A stretch of DNA of 64,000 bases, from the NCBI GenBank assembly GCA_016873655.1, contig VGWI01000001.1, positions 71,983 to 135,982 of the forward strand, in the 5' to 3' direction. The position numbers and the translations under genes were made by a program. Under the pieces are notes generated by a model that saw nothing but the letters and a program-made list of their open reading frames with translations, searched no databases and was not told the origin of the DNA. The stretch comes from Lentisphaerota bacterium. Lineage in GTDB: Bacteria > Verrucomicrobiota > Kiritimatiellia > UBA8416 > VGWI01. Below are positions 10,142-19,780 of this stretch, one piece after another (position 1 is the first letter of the stretch; each line of letters begins with the position of its first letter).

Positions 10142-10162
10142 CGGCCGGACCGGAGCGACCGC

Positions 10163-11797
10163 ATGGCCAAACAATCTGCAGCCATACGTGAATGGTTCAC
10201 GCCGCGTCGCAGTCTGATTCTTACTCTTTCGCTTTTGTTCGGACTGGCCTGTGCATGGCGGGTTCTGCATTTTCCGTACAACCGCGAGACCCTCTTCCGG
10301 GGGATGCCTGCTAACGCCTTCTGGGTGGCGGAGCATCCATCGCTTTCATCGGCATGGAAGGATGTTCTCTCCAATCCGCTGGTGAAGGCAGGCATAGCGG
10401 CCGGCGGACTGGAGGACGAAAGCGCCGGCCTCCTGCGAAGCCGGCGTATCGCGGGGGTCATGGAATCCCTCGCGGCCCGCAACACGGTGGCGTCATATGT
10501 GCCGTCCGACTCGGAAGGCGCATTTGCGGGGCCGGCTCTTGTCGCCGCGAGCTGGGTAGGGTACAGGACCCAGTTCCTGCGCTGGAGATCGTTGCCGAAG
10601 GCCATGGGCCCCGGCGCCGCGAAGTACAGGCTGATGCCGGGGGTGGATATCTGGACCGTCAAATCGGATGTTCCAGGTGGCAGCGGGTTTCTTTCCATCT
10701 GCGTGGCGGAGGGCGTGATATACGCCTGTCTGTCCCGGGATCCGTTCGGGGTGCAGCACGTTGTGTTGCGCGCGCTTGCAGGCGGCAAGCCCGCGCGCTC
10801 CGCCGCGGTGGTTGCCGGGAAACCTGAGCCTGAGCGCGGCGTGCAGCAGGGATGGGCTCTGTGGCAATGGCCGTTCGGGCCCACGCGGAACATGTGGAAT
10901 TCCAGCGTTTACAGGCTGGAAGTTCAGCCGGGCGGCTCGTTGCGGGGCGAAGCGGTTTCCGCGCCGCTGTCAGCCTTTCCTGTCGCATCCGCACCGGCCG
11001 TTGCGGGTGACTGGGACGGGCTGGGCGCGGTGCTGGGCAATGTGCCGGCAGCGTTTGCCGCGCTCACGCGTGAACAGGCTGGCCGGTTGGCCGGGGGGAC
11101 GGGCAGTCTTACGTTCGCCGTCATGGACATGCTGATTGACGGCAACGATCCGGTCTTCATTGCGTTGGCCGGCGGCGACTGTTCCGGAAGGATACTCGGT
11201 TTGAAAGTGCCGATGCTGCTTGCCGGCGTGAAGTCGGATCTGGCGCCTGACAGTCTCTTCGCACGGGTATCGGCCGGGCTGGATCTCCTGAACAGGCGTT
11301 ACAAGCTGGGCCTCATTCCCAGGCGGCGCGGTGACGGGATACGGACGTGGATTGCGCTCGACAGTTCCGGCGGGAAGGACACGCCCGGCCTGCTTGAAGG
11401 CGAGGCCCCGGCGATTGCGCTTGTGGGAGGGTGGCTGATTGCGGCAAGCAGCGAAGCCGGGCTGAAGCAACTGCTGGCCGGTCCGGCGCCGCGCGAGCCG
11501 GGCAAGTGGCTGCCGGTGATGAAGTCAGCCGGCTCTTTCCCTGTGTTCTGGTGCGATTCCACGCGCATATGCGGGCCGGCTCGCGACGCCGTGGCGGTGA
11601 TGACGCTGTGGACAATTGCCAAAGAGACAGAAGCTTCCCCCGGAAGCCTCAAGAGAGCGGACCTCGACCGCGCAAGGGCGTGGTTTGTTGAGGCGGAGAG
11701 AGCCGGCGAGATTGTTCTGGAAACGTTTTCCTCCGGCGACAGCGCGGGTGTTCGTCTGCGCGTGACCGGCACGGGCGCCGCGGCGGCCATACAATGA
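10163..11797 (+). CDS. hypothetical protein with N-terminal membrane anchor (544 aa)
   Basis: Long ORF with coding-like codon usage, starting 21 nt after the pyrD stop. Has an N-terminal hydrophobic segment LILTLSLLFGLACAW. No motif recognised. Confidence 0.5.
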   Translation: MAKQSAAIREWFTPRRSLILTLSLLFGLACAWRVLHFPYNRETLFRGMPANAFWVAEHPSLSSAWKDVLSNPLVKAGIAAGGLEDESAGLLRSRRIAGVMESLAARNTVASYVPSDSEGAFAGPALVAASWVGYRTQFLRWRSLPKAMGPGAAKYRLMPGVDIWTVKSDVPGGSGFLSICVAEGVIYACLSRDPFGVQHVVLRALAGGKPARSAAVVAGKPEPERGVQQGWALWQWPFGPTRNMWNSSVYRLEVQPGGSLRGEAVSAPLSAFPVASAPAVAGDWDGLGAVLGNVPAAFAALTREQAGRLAGGTGSLTFAVMDMLIDGNDPVFIALAGGDCSGRILGLKVPMLLAGVKSDLAPDSLFARVSAGLDLLNRRYKLGLIPRRRGDGIRTWIALDSSGGKDTPGLLEGEAPAIALVGGWLIAASSEAGLKQLLAGPAPREPGKWLPVMKSAGSFPVFWCDSTRICGPARDAVAVMTLWTIAKETEASPGSLKRADLDRARAWFVEAERAGEIVLETFSSGDSAGVRLRVTGTGAAAAIQ

Positions 11798-11994
11798 GGC
11801 CGGCGGCCTTGCGGCGCTCCCACTCCGCGAGGTAAGGGGCGGGCAGGGCCCATGCGCTGATGCTGGTTTTCTCCGCGCGGTCCAGGATCCCGGCGAAGGG
11901 CGTTTTCGGTTCAGAATGCGGCCGGATCCAGATCGCGCGTCAGATCGGCGAAGACCGAATCATTGGATGCTGTCGTATCGGTGTTGCCCGGGAC

Positions 11995-12552
11995 TCAATT
12001 GCGGTCGAAGTACGGGCTTTTACCGGTGATACTGATGGGGATCCCTATCGCCTGCACGGCGCCTTCGCCGAGCATGCCCAGATCGAGGCATGCCCGCCCG
12101 ATCGAATACATCAACCTGTTGTCCGCATGGTGCTGCGCGGCGACCGCGGCGGCTGAGCAGGCGGCGATGCCCAGATCGATTGTGTTGAAGGCGCAGATGC
12201 CGCCCGATTCCGCGAGCCCGGCGCAGGTCGGCTTGCCGCAGAAGCCGCAGTTCAGGCCGGCAGGCTTTGAGACGACCGCCACGACTATCACGGCCGGCGA
12301 ATTCTCGATATTGCCCGCATCGCGCCCCATGCCGGGGCGGTTCTCCTTTTCCGATATTTCGCGCATTCTGGCCACGACTCGCGCGCGGGTTGTGGCGTCC
12401 TCGATCGCCACCACGCGGATGTTGTCGACCCCGCGTGTTTTGGGGGCAGTGCGTGCCGCCGCGGCCATCAGCGCGGCGACCTGCAGGGCAGCCTGTTTCT
12501 CGAGATCTGCTGAAGAGATGATGTCCAGTTCCTCCGTCGGCTGCCGGTTCAC
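11995..12552 (-). CDS. ferredoxin-like Cys-cluster protein (DUF2148-like)
   Basis: CGFCGKPTCAG cysteine cluster. Start assigned to the GTG at 12550-12552, which overlaps the hisF TGA (GTGA coupling), because the upstream part of the ORF track's ORF lies inside hisF. About 185 aa, consistent with DUF2148 size. Confidence 0.5.
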   Translation of the reverse strand: MNRQPTEELDIISSADLEKQAALQVAALMAAAARTAPKTRGVDNIRVVAIEDATTRARVVARMREISEKENRPGMGRDAGNIENSPAVIVVAVVSKPAGLNCGFCGKPTCAGLAESGGICAFNTIDLGIAACSAAAVAAQHHADNRLMYSIGRACLDLGMLGEGAVQAIGIPISITGKSPYFDRN

Positions 12553-13325
12553 CAGTGCATGCGGATAGGAATGCCGGCTTTCACAAGGTCCTGCTTGATC
12601 TGCGGGATCGTGAACTCGCCGCTGTGGATCATGCCCGCCACGATCGCCGCGTCGGCCTCGGCCTTGAGGAAGACATCGGCCAGGTGTTGTGCGCAACCTG
12701 CCCCGCCGGACGCGACGACCGGCACAGGGACTGCCCGTGCGATCATGCCGGTCAGCTTCAGCTCGAAGCCCTGGCGTGTTCCGTCCGCGTCGACGGAATT
12801 GACGACTATCTCGCCCGCGCCCAGTTCCACGGCGCGCCTGGCCCATTCGAGAGCGTCCATGCCGGTTCGTTCCCGGAAGCCGCGCACCGTGATCTCATAG
12901 CCGCTCGGACAGGCCGGAGAGTCGGTCGAGACCGGGTCCATGCCGAGTACGATGCACTGCGAGCCGAAAGCTCTGGCGCCCTCGGAGATGATGCCGGGAT
13001 TCCTGACGGCCAGTGAGTTGACTGATATCTTCTCCGCGCCCGCCAGGAGCACGCGCGACATATCGGACACGGTGGAAATGCCGCCCCCGACCGCGAACGG
13101 GATACGGACGCTCCGTGCCACGTCGCGTACCATGTCAATGTCAATGGGCCGGTGTTCCGCCGACGCCGTGATGTCGTAGAAGACCAGCTCGTCGCAGCCG
13201 TCTTTGCAGTAGCGCTCGGCCATCTCGATCGGGTCGCCCAGGTCAACGTTGTTCTGGAACCGCACGCCCTTGGTGACGCGGCGGTTGCGGATGTCGAGGC
13301 AGGGAATTATGCGGCGTGAGAGCAT
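12549..13325 (-). CDS. hisF: imidazole glycerol phosphate synthase cyclase subunit
   Basis: MLSRRIIPCLDI N-terminus, DELVFYDITAS, and the (beta/alpha)8 phosphate-binding motifs VGGGIS and ASGGAG. Start refined to the ATG at 13325. Confidence 0.9.
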   Translation of the reverse strand: MLSRRIIPCLDIRNRRVTKGVRFQNNVDLGDPIEMAERYCKDGCDELVFYDITASAEHRPIDIDMVRDVARSVRIPFAVGGGISTVSDMSRVLLAGAEKISVNSLAVRNPGIISEGARAFGSQCIVLGMDPVSTDSPACPSGYEITVRGFRERTGMDALEWARRAVELGAGEIVVNSVDADGTRQGFELKLTGMIARAVPVPVVASGGAGCAQHLADVFLKAEADAAIVAGMIHSGEFTIPQIKQDLVKAGIPIRMHW

Positions 13326-13326
13326 C

Positions 13327-13974
13327 TCAGGCTCCGTTCCCGCTGTGGCGTCCGTTCCACTGGGAGAAGTTCTCCAGGAGCTTGAGGCCGGGCCGTCCGG
13401 ACTTTTCCGGATGGAACTGTGTGGCTGCGAGGTTGCCGCGGCCGAGGACCGACGCGAACCTGACACCTGCATACTCCGTTTCGGCCACGACTGTGGCCGG
13501 GTCGGACGGCGCGGGATAGTAGCTGTGGACGAAATAGAACTCGCTGTTATCCTCGATGCCTTCCAGCAGCGGGTGCGGGCGCACCACGGAAACGTTGTTC
13601 CATCCCATATGCGGAACCTTGTCGGAACGCGATGTGGGCCGGAAGAGTTTCACTGTTCCCGGCAGGAGCCCGAGGCAGGCGGTGCCGCCGTCCTCCTCCG
13701 ATGAATCGAGGAGGATCTGGGTTCCAACGCATATGCCGAGAAACGGTTTTCCGGAGGCGACAACCTGCGGGATGACGTCGGCCAGGCCCAGATCCGCCAG
13801 GTTTGCCATGGATGCGCCTGCGGCGCCGACACCCGGGAAGACGACGCGGTCGGCGGATCGGATCATGTCTGGATCGGACGTGATCCGCGCCTCGGCGTTG
13901 AGGGCTTGGAACGCCAGCAGCACGCTGGTCAGGTTCCCGGCCCGGTAATCAATGACCGCGATCATGCGCGCCAT
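13327..13974 (-). CDS. hisH: imidazole glycerol phosphate synthase glutamine amidotransferase subunit
   Basis: Class I GATase: MIAVIDYRAGNL, catalytic GICVGTQ cysteine, and HSYY / FHPEKS His/Glu region. ATG candidates at 13974 and 13965. The stop lies 1 nt before the hisF start. Confidence 0.85.
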   Translation of the reverse strand: MARMIAVIDYRAGNLTSVLLAFQALNAEARITSDPDMIRSADRVVFPGVGAAGASMANLADLGLADVIPQVVASGKPFLGICVGTQILLDSSEEDGGTACLGLLPGTVKLFRPTSRSDKVPHMGWNNVSVVRPHPLLEGIEDNSEFYFVHSYYPAPSDPATVVAETEYAGVRFASVLGRGNLAATQFHPEKSGRPGLKLLENFSQWNGRHSGNGA

Positions 13975-14113
13975 CGTCGCAGGAGTGCCGGACACGCTCA
14001 AGAACTATTGGTTTTCGGGGGGGTCAGTCGGTGCGGCTTGAATCCGCGCCGCCGGCGCAATACTGTGTCGGATGTCACCGGGGGGTCACGCAACTCAAGC
14101 TCGGGGGGTTGAT

Positions 14114-14506
14114 ATGAAAAAGAGGGAATTCGGGGCGTGTGCCGGTTTCACGCTCATCGAGATGCTTCTTGTGGTTGCGATACTGGCCGTACTGGCAACT
14201 ATCGTGGCGGTCAGAACGATCGGCGTGACGGGCGGCGCGAAGAAACAGGCAACGATTACTGGCATTGAGGTGATCAAGACCGCCATTGCCAGGTTTGAGA
14301 TGGACATTGGAAGGCTCCCGAAGAACCTGGAAGAGCTCGTGATCGAGGGCGACGAGAACTGGCCCGGGCCGTTTCTGGATTCAACGGAAGTGCCGAGAGA
14401 CGGATGGAACAACGAGTTCACCTACGAAATTAAGGGCAAGCGGGTGGTCATTACCTCGCCCGGCCCTGACGGGCAGATCGGGACAGGCGACGACATCGCC
14501 AAGTGA
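14114..14506 (+). CDS. prepilin-type N-terminal cleavage/methylation protein, GspG-like pseudopilin
   Basis: N-terminus GFTLIEMLLVVAILAVLA follows a short basic leader, and the GspG-like DGWNNEFTYE motif is present. ATG at 14114. Confidence 0.75.
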   Translation: MKKREFGACAGFTLIEMLLVVAILAVLATIVAVRTIGVTGGAKKQATITGIEVIKTAIARFEMDIGRLPKNLEELVIEGDENWPGPFLDSTEVPRDGWNNEFTYEIKGKRVVITSPGPDGQIGTGDDIAK

Positions 14507-14537
14507 CGAGCCGGATACCGGCCGGCGGAGGACTGCA

Positions 14538-15647
14538 ATGGCTGTTTCGCTGCGTATTGAGCGCGTGACGAAGCGGTTCGGGGCAGATGTTGCCGTTGAC
14601 CGCGCCGATTTCGAAGTGGCGCCTGGTGAGATATTCTTTCTGCTCGGTCCCAGCGGTTGCGGCAAGACGACGCTGCTGCGCTGCATCGCCGGGTTCTGCG
14701 AGCCGGACGAGGGGCGCATCCTCATTGGCGACGAAGATGTGACACATGTTCCCCCGCACAAGCGCGATACGGGGATGGTGTTTCAGAACTATGCCCTGTG
14801 GCCGCACATGACTCTGGCTGGGAACGTGGGTTTCGGGCTGGAGATGCGCGGGGTTTCGAAGCGCGAAGCAGCCGAGCGCGTACGGGATGCCCTGAGAATG
14901 GTGCGGATGGAAGACCGGGCCGATGCCAGGCCGAACGAGCTTTCCGGCGGGCAGCAGCAGCGCATTGCACTCGCGAGGGCACTGGTCATCAGACCGCGCT
15001 GCCTGCTGCTCGATGAGCCGCTTTCCAACCTGGATGCCAAGCTGCGGCTGGAGATGCGGTCTGAGATCCGGCGCATATGCAAGCAGGCTGGGCTGACGGC
15101 GGTTTACGTCACCCATGACCAGAAGGAAGCGCTCTCGGTGGCCGATCGTTTGGCGGTGATGGATGGCGGCAGGATATGCCAGACCGGCGCGCCCATGGAT
15201 GTTTACCGGACCCCCGCCACCACGTTCGTTGCCCGGTTCATCGGCGAGACGAACATCCTGGAAGGGCGTTTCGACGGCGGCTCCCCCTGCGGCGCGAAGG
15301 TGGAGACCCCCTTCGGTGAGTTTGTCAGTTCCAATCCGCTGCCGGCGGGAGTGGGGGCCGGCGACAGTGTCTGGGTTTCGTTCAGGCCGGAAGCCGTGCG
15401 TATTCTCCGGCGGGACGAGCGTCCGGGCGACGGGTGCGTGAACCTGTTGAGCGGCACCGTTTGTGAAAGCGTTTATCTTGGGGAAACAGCCCAGCATCTG
15501 GTTGAGATAGAACCCGTTGCCGGGCAGGGGGGCGGGACCGGGCAGGTCCGCGTTTTCGAACTGAACCCGAGAGACGTCGTATGCGGCGGCTCAGTTCCCG
15601 CGAGGATATCGGTTGATCCATCCGACGTCGTAATGCTTGCGAAATGA
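14538..15647 (+). CDS. ABC transporter ATP-binding protein (PotA/FbpC family, C-terminal TOBE domain)
   Basis: Walker A GPSGCGKTT, ABC signature LSGGQQQR, Walker B LLLDEPLS and an H-loop. GGAGGA RBS upstream. Confidence 0.85.
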   Translation: MAVSLRIERVTKRFGADVAVDRADFEVAPGEIFFLLGPSGCGKTTLLRCIAGFCEPDEGRILIGDEDVTHVPPHKRDTGMVFQNYALWPHMTLAGNVGFGLEMRGVSKREAAERVRDALRMVRMEDRADARPNELSGGQQQRIALARALVIRPRCLLLDEPLSNLDAKLRLEMRSEIRRICKQAGLTAVYVTHDQKEALSVADRLAVMDGGRICQTGAPMDVYRTPATTFVARFIGETNILEGRFDGGSPCGAKVETPFGEFVSSNPLPAGVGAGDSVWVSFRPEAVRILRRDERPGDGCVNLLSGTVCESVYLGETAQHLVEIEPVAGQGGGTGQVRVFELNPRDVVCGGSVPARISVDPSDVVMLAK

Positions 15648-17416
15648 GGCGGCCTGGGCGCCGGGCAATCATGTTGCGATCCGCTTCGATAGTGGTGCTG
15701 ATGGCGGTCATCGTTGCGCTGCCTTTCATATTCCGGAAGCCGGCCGACACCGGCTCATGGCGGCCGGGCGACCCGGTTGTAGTGGTCGTGACTCCCCACA
15801 ACGAGGCGATAAGGCGTGAGTTCGCCCGCGCGTTCGCGGACTGGCATGCCGCGCGGTACGGTGTGCCGGCGAAGGTGGACTGGCGGGCGGTCGGCGGGAC
15901 GACGGAGATAATGCGCTATCTTGCCGGCGAATACGCGACCTCGTTCAGGGCCTGGTGGAAGCGCCGGGGCGTGTGGCCTTCCGGCGGCGTTGACCTGCTG
16001 ATGAAGCCGCCATCCGGACTACTTGCCGCTTCGTCTGAAGGGAACGACGCCGAGATGGTGCGCGCCTACAGGGAAACCGATGATGCCCGGGCCTTCGGTT
16101 GCGGGATGGACGTGTTTTTCGGCGGCGGGACATACGACCACGGCAAGGCAGCCTCCTCCGGCTTCCTTGTATCGCCGTGGCCCGGCGACGCCGCGCCGGC
16201 GGGGCTGTTAGCCGACGCCGCGGGCAGGGATATCATCCCAAAGGCGCTTGGAGGCGAGGTATGGCGCGGCGATGCCTTTTTCGGCGCGACCGTGAGCACC
16301 TTCGGCATATGCGCGAACCTCGATCGGCTGGCCGACCTGAAAGTCGCGAAGCCGCCGGCGAGCTGGGCCGACCTCGCCGACCCGGCCTATGTCGGCCAGG
16401 TCGGCGTGGCTGATCCCACCAAGAGCGGCAGCATCGCCAAGGCATTCGAGATGATAGTGCAGGAACAATGCAGACTGGCGGTGGAATCCGCCGGTTACAC
16501 GGCGCGGGAGGTAGAGGAGTTCGAGAACAGCATAGGCACAGCCGGGCTTGCGCCGGGCGTGATGCCGCCGGGGGTGCCGGACGCATACCAGGCCGCGGTT
16601 GAGGCCGGCTGGCTGGCCGGTTTACGGCTCGTGCAGAGGATAGGCGCGAATGCCCGCTATTTCACCGATTCGGCGAGCAAGGTTCCCATAGACGTGAGCA
16701 TAGGCGATGCCGCGGCGGGTCTGGCGATAGATTTCTATGCACGGTACCAGTCCGAATTGAGCAGGGACGGGTATGGTCGGGCGAGGATGACTTTCGTTAC
16801 ACCGGTCGGCGGATCGAGCGTCAGCGCGGACCCGATCGCGTTGTTGCGGGGAGCGCCGAACCGCACGACGGCGGTGCGGTTTATTGAGTTTGTGCTGTCG
16901 GAGGACGGCCAGAAGCTCTGGAACTACGCGCCAGGCACGCCCGGCGGGCCGCGCGAGTTTGCCCTCAGGCGGCTGCCGATCAGGAGCGACTTCTACCCTT
17001 CCGGCGGCGAGGAGATCAGTGCAGTCGCGGCCGCGCACCTGTCGCGTTGTGTTGATGACCTTGCGGATCCGGCGGTGAACCCCTACGCGCAGGCTGGAGT
17101 GTTCACTTACAGGCCGCGGTGGACGGCCAGGCATTTCGGGGTGTTTCGCGACCTCGTCAAGGCGATGTGCATTGATTCCGGCGAAGAACTGCGCGCGGCG
17201 TGGCGGACGGTCATTGAGAACGGCGGTCCTTCCGGGAGACCGGACGCGATGCTGCTGATTGCACGGATGCCGGACAGGCCGGAACCGCTGACGTGGCGGA
17301 CCGTTCTGGACCTGCATTCGCGCATCGGTCGTGAAGAGCTTACGAGAGAATGGGCGGCTTTCTTCAGGCGAAGCTACGGCGAAGCGGCGCGTTGCGCCGG
17401 GGGAGGCGGCCGGTGA
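15644..17416 (+). CDS. ABC transporter periplasmic substrate-binding protein (iron(III)/polyamine type), unusually long
   Basis: N-terminal signal/anchor, ATGA overlap with the ATPase stop, and sequence character of solute-binding family 1. At 590 aa it is larger than typical FbpA. Confidence 0.55.
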   Translation: MRRPGRRAIMLRSASIVVLMAVIVALPFIFRKPADTGSWRPGDPVVVVVTPHNEAIRREFARAFADWHAARYGVPAKVDWRAVGGTTEIMRYLAGEYATSFRAWWKRRGVWPSGGVDLLMKPPSGLLAASSEGNDAEMVRAYRETDDARAFGCGMDVFFGGGTYDHGKAASSGFLVSPWPGDAAPAGLLADAAGRDIIPKALGGEVWRGDAFFGATVSTFGICANLDRLADLKVAKPPASWADLADPAYVGQVGVADPTKSGSIAKAFEMIVQEQCRLAVESAGYTAREVEEFENSIGTAGLAPGVMPPGVPDAYQAAVEAGWLAGLRLVQRIGANARYFTDSASKVPIDVSIGDAAAGLAIDFYARYQSELSRDGYGRARMTFVTPVGGSSVSADPIALLRGAPNRTTAVRFIEFVLSEDGQKLWNYAPGTPGGPREFALRRLPIRSDFYPSGGEEISAVAAAHLSRCVDDLADPAVNPYAQAGVFTYRPRWTARHFGVFRDLVKAMCIDSGEELRAAWRTVIENGGPSGRPDAMLLIARMPDRPEPLTWRTVLDLHSRIGREELTREWAAFFRRSYGEAARCAGGGGR

Positions 17417-17424
17417 GAAGGCGC

Positions 17425-19119
17425 ATGCCCAGCCCTACGCCCCTGTTGCTGCTTGCCCTGCTGGCGGTGGTACTGCTCTGGCCGCTTGCCGGGGTGATCG
17501 GCGGAGCGCTGATTGTGAACGGCCGCCTCTCCCTTGCCCCGTTGGCGGGAGTGTTCGCGAACCCGGTGTATGCCGAGGGACTGCTGAACAGCCTGAAGAT
17601 TGCCGTTGGAACCACGGTCCTCGCCGCGGCCATCGCGGTTCCGCTCGCATGGATCAGCGGCCGGTGCGAGTTTGCGGGGCAGCGCCTGTTGACCGGGCTG
17701 CTGCTGGTGCCGATGGTGCTGCCGCCGTTCGTGGGGGCGATCGGGCTCCAGCAGATTCTGGGTCAGTATGGCGTTCTCAACGCCGCGCTTGGGCTCGGTC
17801 CCGTGGACTGGCTCGGGCGGGGGCGGTATCCGGGCGTTGTCCTCCTGCAGTCCCTGGGGCTTTACCCGGTTCTCTACCTCAACGTCGTTGCCGCGCTCGC
17901 CAACGTGGATCCAGCAATGGAAGAGGCGGCGGAGAACATGGGCTGTACGGGGCTGCGGAAGTTCACGAGGATCACTCTTCCGCTGATCGCCCCGGGGCTG
18001 TTTGCCGGCGGGTCGCTTGTGTTTATCTGGAGTTTCACCGAGCTTGGCGCGCCGCTGATCATGAACTACCAGCGCTGCGCCCCGGTGCAGGTTTACGACG
18101 CGCTGAAGGACATGGGGTCCAGCCCCCTGCCGTACGCGCTCGTGTTCGTGATGCTGAGCGCGAGCCTTCTTCTTTACGCTGCCGTCCGCATGCTCTTCGG
18201 CAGGCATTCGAATGCAATGCAATCCAAGGCAACCGTGGCCAGGGCTATGCGGCGGCTTTCGGGGTGGCGCGGTGTAGGCGCGAGAATCCTGTTTGCCGGT
18301 GTCATAGCCGTCGCGCTACTGCCGCACATCGGGGTTGTTCTCACGAGCTTTTCCGCGCACGGGGCCTGGTACAGGACCGTGTTGCCGGCTGACTTCACTC
18401 TCGGCAACTTCAGGGATGCGCTAGGGCATGAGATGACGGTCGGCAGCATAAGGAACAGCCTGGTCTTCTCTCTGTTTGCGGTTGCGTGCGGGCTGGCGTG
18501 CGGGCTGGCGGCCGCGCGGGTTGTGGCGAGGTCCCGTTCGGTCCTGGCACCGGTGATTGACGCCGCGGCGATGGCGCCGCTCGCGGTGCCTGGAATAGTC
18601 CTTGCGTTCGGTTTTCTCTCGATCAGTTCGACACTCAGCAACCAGCCGTGGGTCAAGGAGAGCCCGTTCCTGCTCGGGCTTGTGGACGTGCGCGTCAACC
18701 CGGCGCTGTTCCTCATCATCGCCTACGCCGTGCGGCGGCTTCCGTACCTCGTGCGGTCGGCTGTTGCCGGGCTGCAGCAGACGCCGGTGGCGCTGGAGGA
18801 GGCCGGGGCCAACCTCGGCGCAGCGCCGGGGAGAGTGATGGTGCGCATCACCGCGCCGCTGATCGCCGCCAACCTGGTGGCCGGTGGGTTGCTTGCATTT
18901 GCGTTCAGCATGCTTGAGGTGTCCGACAGCCTCATGCTGGCGCAGCGCGCCGACCATTTCCCGATCACGAAGACAATCTACGAGCTGTTCCAGCTCATCG
19001 GAACAGGCCGCTACATAGCCTCGGCCCTCGGTGTATGGGCCATGGCGTTCCTTGCCGCCGCGCTGCTCGGGAGCAGCCTGTTGATGGGCAGGAAGCTTGG
19101 CGCGATATTCAGGGCCTAG
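17425..19119 (+). CDS. ABC transporter permease, fused two-domain (FbpB/ThiP-like)
   Basis: 12 predicted TM helices in two repeated MetI-like halves, each with the EAA-type loop (EEAAENMG / LEEAGANLG). Start refined to the ATG at 17425 after a GGGAGG RBS, 8 nt after the SBP stop. Confidence 0.8.
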   Translation: MPSPTPLLLLALLAVVLLWPLAGVIGGALIVNGRLSLAPLAGVFANPVYAEGLLNSLKIAVGTTVLAAAIAVPLAWISGRCEFAGQRLLTGLLLVPMVLPPFVGAIGLQQILGQYGVLNAALGLGPVDWLGRGRYPGVVLLQSLGLYPVLYLNVVAALANVDPAMEEAAENMGCTGLRKFTRITLPLIAPGLFAGGSLVFIWSFTELGAPLIMNYQRCAPVQVYDALKDMGSSPLPYALVFVMLSASLLLYAAVRMLFGRHSNAMQSKATVARAMRRLSGWRGVGARILFAGVIAVALLPHIGVVLTSFSAHGAWYRTVLPADFTLGNFRDALGHEMTVGSIRNSLVFSLFAVACGLACGLAAARVVARSRSVLAPVIDAAAMAPLAVPGIVLAFGFLSISSTLSNQPWVKESPFLLGLVDVRVNPALFLIIAYAVRRLPYLVRSAVAGLQQTPVALEEAGANLGAAPGRVMVRITAPLIAANLVAGGLLAFAFSMLEVSDSLMLAQRADHFPITKTIYELFQLIGTGRYIASALGVWAMAFLAAALLGSSLLMGRKLGAIFRA

Positions 19120-19125
19120 CTCGCG

Positions 19126-19551
19126 TCACCAGTTGACCTTCGAGCGCCGCCGGATCATCTGGAGAATTTCGCGCACGTAGGCGCATTCGCAGCGGGCGGG
19201 GCACGGCTCCATGTTGTCTGAGTGAAGGCAGTGCCCGGCGCAGGCGGCCGTGCGGGTTGCGCGTTCGAGGAAGACGGGCCCCGCGTAGAGGTCCGAGAAT
19301 GCTGCGACGTTAAGCGCGAGGGTGGTGCCGCAGCGGCCTGTCATGTGATTGAACAGGAAGCAGCCGGCGTCCAGGTTCACGAAGTTCGCCTGGTACCCGA
19401 CGATATGTATGGCAGGGTCGAGCACGAAGTCCCTGCGCGTCTTCCACGAGAAGCCGCAGCCCTGGCAGGTGCGGAATACGGCGGCATCGCAGGCGGCGTC
19501 GCGGCCTGCCGGAGAGGAAACGGCTGCTCCGTGTCCAGTTGTATCGCTCAT
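19126..19551 (-). CDS. hypothetical cysteine-rich protein
   Basis: 141-aa ORF with GC3-rich coding bias and Cys motifs CQGCG, CAGHC, CPARCEC. Same strand as, and downstream of, pilD. No family recognised. Confidence 0.35.
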   Translation of the reverse strand: MSDTTGHGAAVSSPAGRDAACDAAVFRTCQGCGFSWKTRRDFVLDPAIHIVGYQANFVNLDAGCFLFNHMTGRCGTTLALNVAAFSDLYAGPVFLERATRTAACAGHCLHSDNMEPCPARCECAYVREILQMIRRRSKVNW

Positions 19552-19780
19552 CGGGTTTCAGTATAGCAATTTCTTTGCGTCTTTACACCAAGGATGGACA
19601 TCGGGACCGCGCGAGGACTGCGCGGCGTTTGCCGCCGTTCCCACCGAGCGATATCTCCGGGTGACGGGCACGGCCGTAAAGCATGCCGATCCCAACCACC
19701 TCGTTGGGGTGCCGGCCGACATCACCTCTGGTGCATGCGGATACGGAGGCGAGCACGGGCGGGCTTGACGGGAGAACACG

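Noticed and set aside
14002-14113. A sigma-54 promoter for the GspG-like gene at 14114
   Set aside because: No TGGCAC-N5-TTGC-like element is present in the 110-bp upstream region.
19349-19768. 139-aa plus-strand ORF overlapping the Cys-rich minus-strand ORF
   Set aside because: It has no RBS or motif and lies antisense to the more coding-like minus-strand candidate. Neither is strongly supported.
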